From: a virus
Reading direction: 5' to 3' (one strand)
IMG/VR virus record: IMGVR_UViG_3300042691_049879
Coordinates: 4,801-68,800 of that record
Length of the DNA stretch: 64,000 nt
The translations under genes and the position numbers were made by a program. Positions 36,400 to 44,748 of this stretch are shown in pieces; the first letter of the stretch is position 1; each line of letters opens with the position of its first letter. Below the pieces are notes generated by a model. It saw only the letters and a program-made list of their open reading frames with translations. It was not told the origin of the DNA and searched no databases.

Positions 36400-36410
36400 A
36401 TATATTAAAA

Positions 36411-36499
36411 TTCAATGGTGGGATTCGAACCCTAAAGAGTCAACATTAAACTCACCCTCCTGTACGTCCTTGCCAAACAAGATAACTTTCCTCATTGAA
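36411..36499 (-). ncRNA. tRNA-like RNA, non-canonical
   Basis: UUCAAUG/CAUUGAA ends, GGG-UUCGAAU-CCC T-loop hairpin. Confidence 0.55.
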
Positions 36500-36562
36500 T
36501 TTTTTAAATTTTAGGGGGAACAATGTTAATTTCCCTAGTACAGGTGCTCCTAAAATTTATTG

Positions 36563-36636
36563 TACACCCACCAGGATTCAAACCTGGGACCTATTCATTA
36601 GAAGTGAATTGCTCTATTCAGCTGAGCTATGGGTGC
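36563..36636 (-). tRNA. tRNA-Arg(UCU)
   Basis: AUUCA-CUUCUAA-UGAAU. Confidence 0.92.
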
Positions 36637-36731
36637 ATTTTAATCTTTCAAAGAACTTTCATTGTTTATTGTAACGACAAATGTAAAACTTTATTACAAT
36701 AAAACAAAAAAAAATTAATTTTTTATTTTTG

Positions 36732-36803
36732 TACTCTAGAAGGGAATTGAACCCTCACCTTCATATTATAAGTATGATGCTCTGACCACTGAGCTACTAG
36801 AGT
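36732..36803 (-). tRNA. tRNA-Ile(UAU)
   Basis: UCAUA-CUUAUAA-UAUGA. Confidence 0.88.
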
Positions 36804-36839
36804 ATTGTTTCTTTCACAAAAATAGTCAATAATTGTGAC

Positions 36840-36913
36840 AAAAAAAAAGGTCTAGACAATTCTGCCCAGACCCTTTAGTGTTTTAATTATTAAAATTTAC
36901 ACAATATCTAGGC
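36840..36913 (-). promoter_or_regulatory. Attenuator 3 before tRNA operon 3
   Basis: Terminator GGUCUGGGC/GUCUAGACC-U9 (36840-36872); GCCUAGAU (36906-36913) can pair with GUCUGGGC. Confidence 0.8.
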
Positions 36914-36971
36914 TTGAACAAGAATTTCTTCTTATCCTTTTAGCTATTGATATTGAGTTAATTTTTTTCAT
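36897..36971 (-). CDS. Leader peptide 3 (MKKINSISIAKRIRRNSCSSLDIV)
   Basis: Codons ATA TCA ATA GCT AAA AGG ATA AGA AGA directly upstream of tRNA-Ile(UAU), Arg(UCU) and Ile2. Confidence 0.8.
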   Translation of the reverse strand: MKKINSISIAKRIRRNSCSSLDIV

Positions 36972-36977
36972 ATTTTA

Positions 36978-37139
36978 TTAATCTTTTACGATAACTGACC
37001 AAACAGTACCAACCAAAGCAACTACACCACCAACTACTTCAGTAACTAGTGTTTCATCCACTAAACCTTTCATCACTAAAAAACCACCAACGAAAGTAAG
37101 TGTGTGACGAATAATTCCTAAAACTTTTTCTTTATTCAT
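36978..37139 (-). CDS. Small 2-TM holin-like protein (MNKEKVLGIIRHTLTFVGG...GTVWSVIVKD)
   Basis: 53 aa, below ORF cutoff; TATTTAT at 37164-37170. Confidence 0.7.
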   Translation of the reverse strand: MNKEKVLGIIRHTLTFVGGFLVMKGLVDETLVTEVVGGVVALVGTVWSVIVKD

Positions 37140-37196
37140 AATATTTCTTTTAAATTACTTATTATAAATATAGAGAAAAAAACAAAAAAGTAAAGT

Positions 37197-39092
37197 TTAA
37201 TCATATAAAGTCTTTAATAAATCGCTAAAAATACTTTCATCTTTAACTTCAACTTTTTGCTCAAATTCAGTTCCATCAAGCACTTTAGATAAAATTGAAG
37301 ATTTGTGATTTAACATTCTATCTATATCTTCATCTATTGTATCTTGACAAATAAGTCTTATAATTTGCACCTTATCCGCCTTTGATGAAGCTCTATGTAT
37401 TCTATCTTCTGCTTGTTCTCTATCTGCACTTGTCCATGGTTGGTCAATAAATATAGATATACTTGCAGAAGTTAAAGTAATTCCTACACCAGCCGCTCCT
37501 ATAGTTCCAGAGAATACTTTAGTTTTTTCATCATTCATAAACTTTTCAACAGCTTCGTCTTTTTTGTTTGAATTAATATCTCCATTAAAAACTACAGCAG
37601 CATCACCAAATCTTTCTGCAACTTTATAAGATATATCTTTATATTGTGTGAATACAACAACTTTTTCATCTCCATCTATAATATCTTGTATAAAATCAAA
37701 AGCTCTTTTCATTTTTATTTCAGACGTAAAATGTTTTAACTTTTGAATTCTGGTTAAATGATTCATTCTATTATCTTCACCTGGTTTATCGGATTGATGT
37801 TCTTCTTTTATTCCTTTCTTTATTTTATTATATTCCCTTAATTCTATTTCATTTAATTCTATTGGAATTGCTGTATATGTTTTTTCTGGGAGATGTTTTA
37901 AAATATCCTTTTTAAGTCTTCTTAAGAAATAAGGAGAAATTTTTTCAAACAACTCTTCCAGATTAGAAGCACCATTATAATCCCATCCAAAATTATTTTT
38001 TTCAGCCGCACAATACTTTACACCAAAAGCGTGTGAATTTGACCATTCCTCTGGATATAAGAAGTTTAATAAAGAGAAAAACTCGTATGGTCTACTTTTT
38101 ATCGCTGTACCAGTAAGTAAAATTCTATGTGGTATATCTTTAAAATTTTTCTTTACCAACTTAGTCCTATCTGCAGAATCATTTTTTATATAATGAGCTT
38201 CATCCATTATTAAAATTTCATAATCTTTTGGATTTATTGTTATTCCTTCAGAGTCATTTGTAAAGGTTATATTTTTTGTTGCCCTTGAAGTTACCATATT
38301 TCTAACTCCACATTTAGGACAAGTCTTATCTTTGTATCTTTTTTTATCATTCCTTTCTTTCCAGCCACAAAAGACATTCTTACATGTGTGTGACATTTCA
38401 ATCGTTATATATGAGCCTAAAGAATCATATCCTATTATATCAAACAAACTTTCTTCTTTAATATAATTTATTTTACCAGACTTTTTTGTTGGTTTCCATT
38501 TATAGACAAAAGCTTTTTCATGTGTAAATTTTAAAATTTCACTTCTCCAATTAAGCCTTAAGTTTGCTGGACAGATTATTAACGTTTTCTTTTTTTTCCA
38601 AGCCGCATATGTCATTGCAGAATTTGTTTTTCCTACTCCTGGCTGGTCTCCAAGTAAGGCTCTACCATTACAAGTGTCAAAAAAAACTGCAGCCTGTTTT
38701 TGATATTCATATGGTTCTATTTTCATGAAGGAAAAATCAATACCAGAAACATCTATATTTTCAGACTTCATAGATAAAGATTTCATTAAAGATTCTTGTC
38801 TTTTTATGAACTTCATCCTTAATTCCTCAACTTCTTCATTTGTTAAGTTTGTGAACTTAAAAGGTATACCATTATCCTTAATAAAGCCTATTACTTTACC
38901 TATATAGCCTTCGGAAACTACTCTATACCAACTTTCATAACCACTTCCATCAGGTCTTTGCATAAAGTCCATCTTTATTTGTCTTTGGTCTTCTGGGAAG
39001 GATTTTATAAAATCGCTTAGACTTTTCCTGTAATTATACTCTAATTTGTAATTTGACTTTAACTTCGTTATTATAACCTTATTATCATCCAT
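37197..39092 (-). CDS. SNF2-family (HARP/SMARCAL1-like) helicase with Zn-ribbon insertion
   Basis: DQPGVGKT, DEAH, LTGT, GVGITLT, QAEDRIHR; CKNVFC...CPKC insertion. Confidence 0.9.
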   Translation of the reverse strand: MDDNKVIITKLKSNYKLEYNYRKSLSDFIKSFPEDQRQIKMDFMQRPDGSGYESWYRVVSEGYIGKVIGFIKDNGIPFKFTNLTNEEVEELRMKFIKRQESLMKSLSMKSENIDVSGIDFSFMKIEPYEYQKQAAVFFDTCNGRALLGDQPGVGKTNSAMTYAAWKKKKTLIICPANLRLNWRSEILKFTHEKAFVYKWKPTKKSGKINYIKEESLFDIIGYDSLGSYITIEMSHTCKNVFCGWKERNDKKRYKDKTCPKCGVRNMVTSRATKNITFTNDSEGITINPKDYEILIMDEAHYIKNDSADRTKLVKKNFKDIPHRILLTGTAIKSRPYEFFSLLNFLYPEEWSNSHAFGVKYCAAEKNNFGWDYNGASNLEELFEKISPYFLRRLKKDILKHLPEKTYTAIPIELNEIELREYNKIKKGIKEEHQSDKPGEDNRMNHLTRIQKLKHFTSEIKMKRAFDFIQDIIDGDEKVVVFTQYKDISYKVAERFGDAAVVFNGDINSNKKDEAVEKFMNDEKTKVFSGTIGAAGVGITLTSASISIFIDQPWTSADREQAEDRIHRASSKADKVQIIRLICQDTIDEDIDRMLNHKSSILSKVLDGTEFEQKVEVKDESIFSDLLKTLYD

Positions 39093-39166
39093 AATCTTGC
39101 AATATAAATCAAAAAATAAAAAAAACCTAATATTTATTATTATAAATAATGTTTAAAATAAAACTA

Positions 39167-39403
39167 ATGAAAATAACTAAATCACAACTCAAAGAACTTA
39201 TAAAGGAGGAAATTAAAAAAATTCAACTAAATGAATATTTTTATTATCCTTTATATATGGCTCAAGAACCAATAGAAGAATTGATTAAAAAAATAAAAGA
39301 AGAAACTCCTAAGAATCAAGGTGAAGACGGTTATTTATCTGATGAGTTTATAAAGGAAGAAATTATGAAAATGGTTGAAATAGAATTGGAGAAATATAAA
39401 TAA
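39167..39403 (+). CDS. Small protein with MKITKSQLKELIKEE tag
   Basis: TATTTAT at 39131; second ATG matches the tag. Confidence 0.65.
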   Translation: MKITKSQLKELIKEEIKKIQLNEYFYYPLYMAQEPIEELIKKIKEETPKNQGEDGYLSDEFIKEEIMKMVEIELEKYK

Positions 39404-39410
39404 TAACAAA

Positions 39411-39842
39411 ATGAAATTAACTAAGCAACAATTGAAAGATATAATAAAAGAATCTGTAGAAAGACATTCTAAATCTTTTATTTTAAAACAAAGACTTGAT
39501 AAAATAAATCAAGAATTAAAACAACTTAATGAAAATGAAGATTTTGAAGTTTCTCCAAAAGAAGAAGTTGAAGAAAAAGAAAGTATTTTTGATAGCAAAC
39601 CAGGAGAAACTGTAATTTTAAATTTTGATGGAGTTACCATAAAAATTGAAAGACAGTTAGATGACTTATTTAAAGTTGTAGATGCTGCTGAAAGCCAAAA
39701 GATAGAAGAGGGTGATTATGTAAAAATTCAAGGTGATGACAGTTTAGATAAAGGTAAAACTTTTAAATTCTCAATTTATAGAAAAACAAATTTACCTTAT
39801 GAAACAAACGAATTACAAAGTTGGAAGATTATAAAAAATTAA
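39411..39842 (+). CDS. Protein with MKLTKQQLKDIIKES tag
   Basis: Tag; followed by a bidirectional terminator at about 39857-39886. Confidence 0.65.
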   Translation: MKLTKQQLKDIIKESVERHSKSFILKQRLDKINQELKQLNENEDFEVSPKEEVEEKESIFDSKPGETVILNFDGVTIKIERQLDDLFKVVDAAESQKIEEGDYVKIQGDDSLDKGKTFKFSIYRKTNLPYETNELQSWKIIKN

Positions 39843-39889
39843 TTATATACACAAATAAAAAAAGCCTCTTTACAGAGGCTTTTTTGTTT

Positions 39890-40384
39890 TTATAGACCAG
39901 CTAATTTTTTCATTCTATCTCCACTTGAATCAATCAATCTTTTTCTTCCAGAAAAACTTCTTGATTCAGCTATTGTTTCTTGTCCAGCAGTAACATCTAA
40001 TTCAGCGTCAGTTGATGTAATTTCTTCTGAATTATTATTTTCTTCTGAACTTCTAACATATTTAGATAAATTATCTGACCAAATATTGTACAAATCGAAA
40101 ATTGTAGATATTATATCTTTATTTGAATCATTTATTTTAAACGTTGCCTTAGTAACTTTTGGCCCATTTTTTAATGAAAATTCCCACTTAATATAGTAAT
40201 CTTGTTCTAAAATTACAGAACCAGACCAAAGTGCATCTTCTCCACTTTGACCTTTATAAATTTTAAAATTATCTCGACCTTCTTCATCTTTATCAAAAAC
40301 AACAGAATAGTTATTTCCTATTTTGTCGTCGAATTGTTTTTTTAATTCATTTATTTCCGCTTGAGTAATTTGTGCTGTCATCAA
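39890..40384 (-). CDS. Hypothetical protein with C-terminal RMKKLAGL tag
   Basis: ORF. Confidence 0.6.
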   Translation of the reverse strand: MMTAQITQAEINELKKQFDDKIGNNYSVVFDKDEEGRDNFKIYKGQSGEDALWSGSVILEQDYYIKWEFSLKNGPKVTKATFKINDSNKDIISTIFDLYNIWSDNLSKYVRSSEENNNSEEITSTDAELDVTAGQETIAESRSFSGRKRLIDSSGDRMKKLAGL

Positions 40385-40397
40385 TTATTTTTTTAAA

Positions 40398-40604
40398 TTA
40401 TTCTTCATCTAAAGGTCTTTTTCCTCCATAAAATAAAATGTCATCCAATTCCTCTTCTGTTAAATTAGCAATTTTATTTATATTAGTTTGACTATCTTGA
40501 GACAATTCGTTATTTTTATCTGATTGGGGCTCTTTTGAAACCATGTCAGAAAAAATTTTAGAAACTTCACTGTCTATCAATTGTTCCAATTCTTTTCTAG
40601 TCAT
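40398..40604 (-). CDS. Hypothetical protein
   Basis: TATTTAT at 40625-40631. Confidence 0.55.
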   Translation of the reverse strand: MTRKELEQLIDSEVSKIFSDMVSKEPQSDKNNELSQDSQTNINKIANLTEEELDDILFYGGKRPLDEE

Positions 40605-40655
40605 CTTAAAGCTTTTAATATATTATAAATATGTAACAAAAAAGAATTGTTAAAT

Positions 40656-41252
40656 TTATTTTATATCAGTAGATTCTAGTAATGTGTAACTAAAAGAATT
40701 GCCATGTATTTTAGCTGCTTTTTTACAAATTGACATAAAAACATCAAAATCTTTAACTCTCTTAAATACTTGACAACCTTCGCTCCAATTTTCTACCCAT
40801 GTAGAATCTTGTCCTGCTTTATGTATGTTTATTCCAAACATTCCAGTATCAACAAGCATATTTTCAAATATTAAGTCTTTATCTGAGTCTCTCCAAACGT
40901 TTACATTTCCCTTTCTTTGACAAAGGGCATCATATTTACCTTGATGCTTATCTACACTCCATACACCTCTATACTGATTTGGTACTAATCTAGCGACTCC
41001 TTTTTTGTTGTGAAATTCCATTACACCCTTTTTTCCAGGGTCTGTTGTTGCATTCCAACAAAAGAATTTCCATTCACCATTTTCTTTATATGATATAGTA
41101 ATCCAATCATCAAAAACATTAGTTACTTTATCACCAGTTGCCTTATTTCTTACACCAACTATATTTACATCATAACCCTTGTTTTTGTTATCTTCAAACC
41201 AAACATATCCTTTTGATTTTGCTGCAGCTTCTATTTGTTCTCTTGTGTACAT
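40656..41252 (-). CDS. Putative peptidoglycan peptidase (L,D-transpeptidase-like His/Cys motif), endolysin candidate
   Basis: ATTDPG, GINIHKAG......WSEGCQV. Confidence 0.6.
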   Translation of the reverse strand: MYTREQIEAAAKSKGYVWFEDNKNKGYDVNIVGVRNKATGDKVTNVFDDWITISYKENGEWKFFCWNATTDPGKKGVMEFHNKKGVARLVPNQYRGVWSVDKHQGKYDALCQRKGNVNVWRDSDKDLIFENMLVDTGMFGINIHKAGQDSTWVENWSEGCQVFKRVKDFDVFMSICKKAAKIHGNSFSYTLLESTDIK

Positions 41253-41253
41253 A

Positions 41254-42099
41254 TTAATTTATTTTAATTATATCTTGAATTTTACTTTCGGCACTAATTT
41301 TAATTCCATTCTGATTGAAATATGATATTATCATTGATAAATAACCATTACCAGAACGAGCTCCAGTAGAATAAATTTTTACAAATTGGTCAAGTTGTCC
41401 AGTAAATACAAATTCATATCCAGGAACATAAGGGCTCATTCCATAGCTTTTTGCATTCTTTGCTATTTCTGGACTATAGTAAGGTTTTATTATTTTCTTT
41501 TTACCTAATGGGTAGGAACTATTTTTTCCTTCCGCTATTTTAGAAATGTAATTTTTTTGCAAAAGAATCCCATCAATCAATGTTGTATTTTTCTTATTTG
41601 CTCCAGAATCTGTATTTCCTATATTTCCTGGATTATTTGTTCTATAAGACCTCGAACCGTTAAAAAACCCTTCTTTGTGAGCCATTATAGTAACTAAAAG
41701 CTTAAATCCTTTAGGTTCGTTCCCCATAGCCTTTTCTAATGCTGGCAAATATTCATTTAACATTTCTTTTGAAAGGTTAACTTTTAAATTTTCTTTTATA
41801 GGTTTGTCTGGGAAGTTTGAGCCTTTTATTGTTACATTCTTATATTTTGTTTCTTCACTTGTGTCAGCATCTGGCAAATCTACACTTTCATTTATTGTTA
41901 TGCCAAGTGCTGCTAGAGTTTTAGCTCCAACTTCACCATCTATGGTAAGCCCTTTTGCTTCTTGAAATTTTTCTACAGCCTCTTCTGTAACTGGACCGTA
42001 AATCTCAGTAAATTTACCGTATGTCCAAAATCCAGCTGCATCAAGCGCTTTTTGAATCTTTGTTACATGTGGTCCTTTAGCTCCTTTTTGTATTAACAT
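41254..42099 (-). CDS. Peptidoglycan-binding domain plus putative lysozyme-like hydrolase
   Basis: YGPVTEEAVEKFQ...GLTIDGEVG.KT PG-binding domain; EGF....RSYRTNNPGNIG. Confidence 0.7.
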   Translation of the reverse strand: MLIQKGAKGPHVTKIQKALDAAGFWTYGKFTEIYGPVTEEAVEKFQEAKGLTIDGEVGAKTLAALGITINESVDLPDADTSEETKYKNVTIKGSNFPDKPIKENLKVNLSKEMLNEYLPALEKAMGNEPKGFKLLVTIMAHKEGFFNGSRSYRTNNPGNIGNTDSGANKKNTTLIDGILLQKNYISKIAEGKNSSYPLGKKKIIKPYYSPEIAKNAKSYGMSPYVPGYEFVFTGQLDQFVKIYSTGARSGNGYLSMIISYFNQNGIKISAESKIQDIIKIN

Positions 42100-42512
42100 T
42101 ATCTTAAGTTTTCATTTATTTTCTTTATTCCAGCCATTCCCATCATTTTACTTTTGTAGCCTTCATAAATTTTGCCTTTAGAAATCATTGATGAATTAGT
42201 TTTTTCTAAAAATAAATTTATTTCTTCACAAAAGTTATTTAAATGTTTTTTGTTAAAATCTTCAACAAAATCATAATCTTTAGAACATTCAAGTAATTTT
42301 TTGGAAAAATCTTTAGCATCTTTATTAAAGACTATTTTGTTTATGATTTTTTTATTTTTTTCTACATTAAAATGAATTTTATTTTCTTCAATAACTCCAT
42401 TTAAAAAATACTTATCATTAGTAAAGTCGTCTTTATAGTTTATTTCTGCATTTACAAAAGCATTATCTTTTTTTGTAAATCCAGTATCTATTTTATAATT
42501 GCTTTCTATCAT
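42099..42512 (-). CDS. Hypothetical protein
   Basis: ORF coupled to neighbours; C-terminal YKSKMMGMAGI. Confidence 0.6.
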   Translation of the reverse strand: MIESNYKIDTGFTKKDNAFVNAEINYKDDFTNDKYFLNGVIEENKIHFNVEKNKKIINKIVFNKDAKDFSKKLLECSKDYDFVEDFNKKHLNNFCEEINLFLEKTNSSMISKGKIYEGYKSKMMGMAGIKKINENLR

Positions 42513-43213
42513 TCTGCTATTGGCTTTAGTGTATATATTCTTCCTCCTATTTTTACTTTATTTTTTCCAACAATCTCAGCCTTTTTAACGTTATTAGATT
42601 CAACTATTATGCCTCCTTCTTTTTTAGAAAATTCTAATAAAACTTTCTTTATCATTTCTTTAGAGATATCTCTTGCTATTTCACTAATTCTTTCATTAAG
42701 TTCTGCTTCGGTAAGAGTTAGGCCTATACCTTCTTTGCTGTAATTAAAATTTTCATTCTGTAATTCATTTTGTCTTTCGTGTAATCTTTGTTGAAGCCTT
42801 GCTCTAGTGTCAACGTTTGAAGGGCCAAAATCAGACACTTCAGAATGACTTTGTGTATAATTACTTGTTGAACTTTGATTATCGCCAAACAACATATCTT
42901 CATACATTTTTGCTTGTGAATTTTTTGGTGCAAAAGATTCTAACTTAGGCGCTGACTTTGTCGCATTACTTGAATTGTTAGAAGGTTTTGGCACTGGCAT
43001 ATTTGATGGTGTATGAGAAACGTTTTCTGATTTTTCAATGAAAGATTGAAAATTGCCTTTTAATGCACCATTTCTTATCTGGTCCATTTTGCTGGCCATT
43101 TCTGGATTTTTTATTGGCGCTTGTGGTGATTGAATTGGCTTTAGCGGAACAGGTATTCCCATCTTCTCAAACCTTTCAAGCATTTCTTTTTTTGAACTTC
43201 CTTTATCACTCAT
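42509..43213 (-). CDS. Hypothetical protein
   Basis: ORF in operon. Confidence 0.65.
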   Translation of the reverse strand: MSDKGSSKKEMLERFEKMGIPVPLKPIQSPQAPIKNPEMASKMDQIRNGALKGNFQSFIEKSENVSHTPSNMPVPKPSNNSSNATKSAPKLESFAPKNSQAKMYEDMLFGDNQSSTSNYTQSHSEVSDFGPSNVDTRARLQQRLHERQNELQNENFNYSKEGIGLTLTEAELNERISEIARDISKEMIKKVLLEFSKKEGGIIVESNNVKKAEIVGKNKVKIGGRIYTLKPIAE

Positions 43214-43541
43214 AATCTTCTTTTATTATTGTAATGTCTTTAACTATCCAATCATAAATAGTTCTAATCTTATTATTTTGTATCAATTCTTCAAACTTTT
43301 CTATTTCATTTTCGTACATTTCAGCCTTTATAGTAAGTATATCGCCTATTCTGCCATATTTTCTGAATTTTATTTTATCATTAATGCTTTCGAACATTAT
43401 TTCCTTAAATTCAATGTAACTCTGCTGTTCTAAATCTTGATACTTGACTGAGAAACCGTAAAATTCCTCGAATTCATTTATTGAGCCGTGATACGACAAA
43501 TCTATTAATACCTCTTTAGTGTTCTTTCTGTTTGCTTTCAT
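43206..43541 (-). CDS. Hypothetical protein
   Basis: ORF in operon. Confidence 0.6.
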   Translation of the reverse strand: MKANRKNTKEVLIDLSYHGSINEFEEFYGFSVKYQDLEQQSYIEFKEIMFESINDKIKFRKYGRIGDILTIKAEMYENEIEKFEELIQNNKIRTIYDWIVKDITIIKEDYE

Positions 43542-43818
43542 ATAAATATATTTCTACTTTTTCTGTTATTTCATCCCACCAAGCATAGTATTTGGGATAA
43601 ATATTATTTTCGTTTATAAAGAATTTTTTAATATCTTTTTCTGGATTTGTTTTTTTAAATTTACTGCTTAGTTTATTTATTTCTTTTTGGATTTCCTCAT
43701 CATAAGTTTCTATTTCCAATAAATCATTTTTAGAGTTATTAAAATCATTTAATAACCATTTTTTTATCTCATAACCAAATTCTTTTTGGTTTTTTAATAT
43801 TTCTTTTCTTGTGTGCAT
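43516..43818 (-). CDS. Hypothetical protein
   Basis: ORF in operon. Confidence 0.55.
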   Translation of the reverse strand: MHTRKEILKNQKEFGYEIKKWLLNDFNNSKNDLLEIETYDEEIQKEINKLSSKFKKTNPEKDIKKFFINENNIYPKYYAWWDEITEKVEIYLYESKQKEH

Positions 43819-43876
43819 TGATATAACAATTTAAACAAAACAAACTAAAAGTAAAGTTTATTAATATTTATATTAA

Positions 43877-44257
43877 ATGACTTATTTAAATAGTATGAAT
43901 TTATCAGAATCGTACAAAAAAAGACTCAAATTTCTATCAGGATTAATTGAAGAATCTTCAAATAAAAATGAATATGAATATCAACTAAGAGATATTGGTG
44001 GAGATGTTTTTTATAAAAGAAAAAAAGGTGAAAAAAAATGGTTATTTACTGACGAAGTTGATTTTTATAAAAATTCAAAAAAAGGAAATATAGTAAAATG
44101 GGAAAAATCTGAAAAACCCAAAAAAAATGAGACTTCACAAAACTTAAATTATAAAAAAGATATTTTAAAAATATATAAATCTTATTACGAAAACCTATCT
44201 CCTTCTGATTTTAAAATAAAAATTGATGGCGATTCTATAATTATAAAAATAAAGTAA
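43877..44257 (+). CDS. Protein with LSESYKKRLKFLSGL tag
   Basis: TATTTAT at 43865. Confidence 0.65.
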   Translation: MTYLNSMNLSESYKKRLKFLSGLIEESSNKNEYEYQLRDIGGDVFYKRKKGEKKWLFTDEVDFYKNSKKGNIVKWEKSEKPKKNETSQNLNYKKDILKIYKSYYENLSPSDFKIKIDGDSIIIKIK

Positions 44258-44748
44258 TGTTTTTAAGTGAAGAATATAAAAATAGAATAGCAAAACTTTC
44301 TGGACTAATAGTGTGCGACAACTGTTATCACAGTTGGCAAAAGGAGAAAGGAGATGCTGACCCACATCTTTGTCATGTTTGTGGCTATGATTCTGAAAAA
44401 GAAAAGTTCAGAATTGAAGATTTAAAAAATTGGATGATAAAAAAATATGGTAAATTAGTAAATGAAAATATTGGTCCAGGCCCTAGTGATGTAGTCCCCA
44501 TGTCTAACGTTTACATTGATATGTTTAATCAAAAGTTTAATTCAAAAGACTTTAGTTATGAATATGACCCAGAAAATGGAAAGTTCTATGGAGAGGAAGA
44601 ATATGATTTAAAAAACCCAGTTTCATATTCAGATAATAATGATGAAATGTCTGACGAAAACGACTTAAACAAAGAGGAAATAAAGGATATAGATAAAAAA
44701 TATAAAAAAATAAAGAAATCTATGAACTGGAAGGGCTTCCTTCGTTAA
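44257..44748 (+). CDS. Tagged protein with Zn ribbon (CDNC...CHVCG)
   Basis: LSEEYKNRIAKLSGL tag plus four Cys. Confidence 0.65.
   Translation: MFLSEEYKNRIAKLSGLIVCDNCYHSWQKEKGDADPHLCHVCGYDSEKEKFRIEDLKNWMIKKYGKLVNENIGPGPSDVVPMSNVYIDMFNQKFNSKDFSYEYDPENGKFYGEEEYDLKNPVSYSDNNDEMSDENDLNKEEIKDIDKKYKKIKKSMNWKGFLR

Noticed and set aside
35971-36499. tmRNA (one- or two-piece)
   Set aside because: The tRNA-like ends lack the G3-U70 alanine identity and no tag reading frame is evident.
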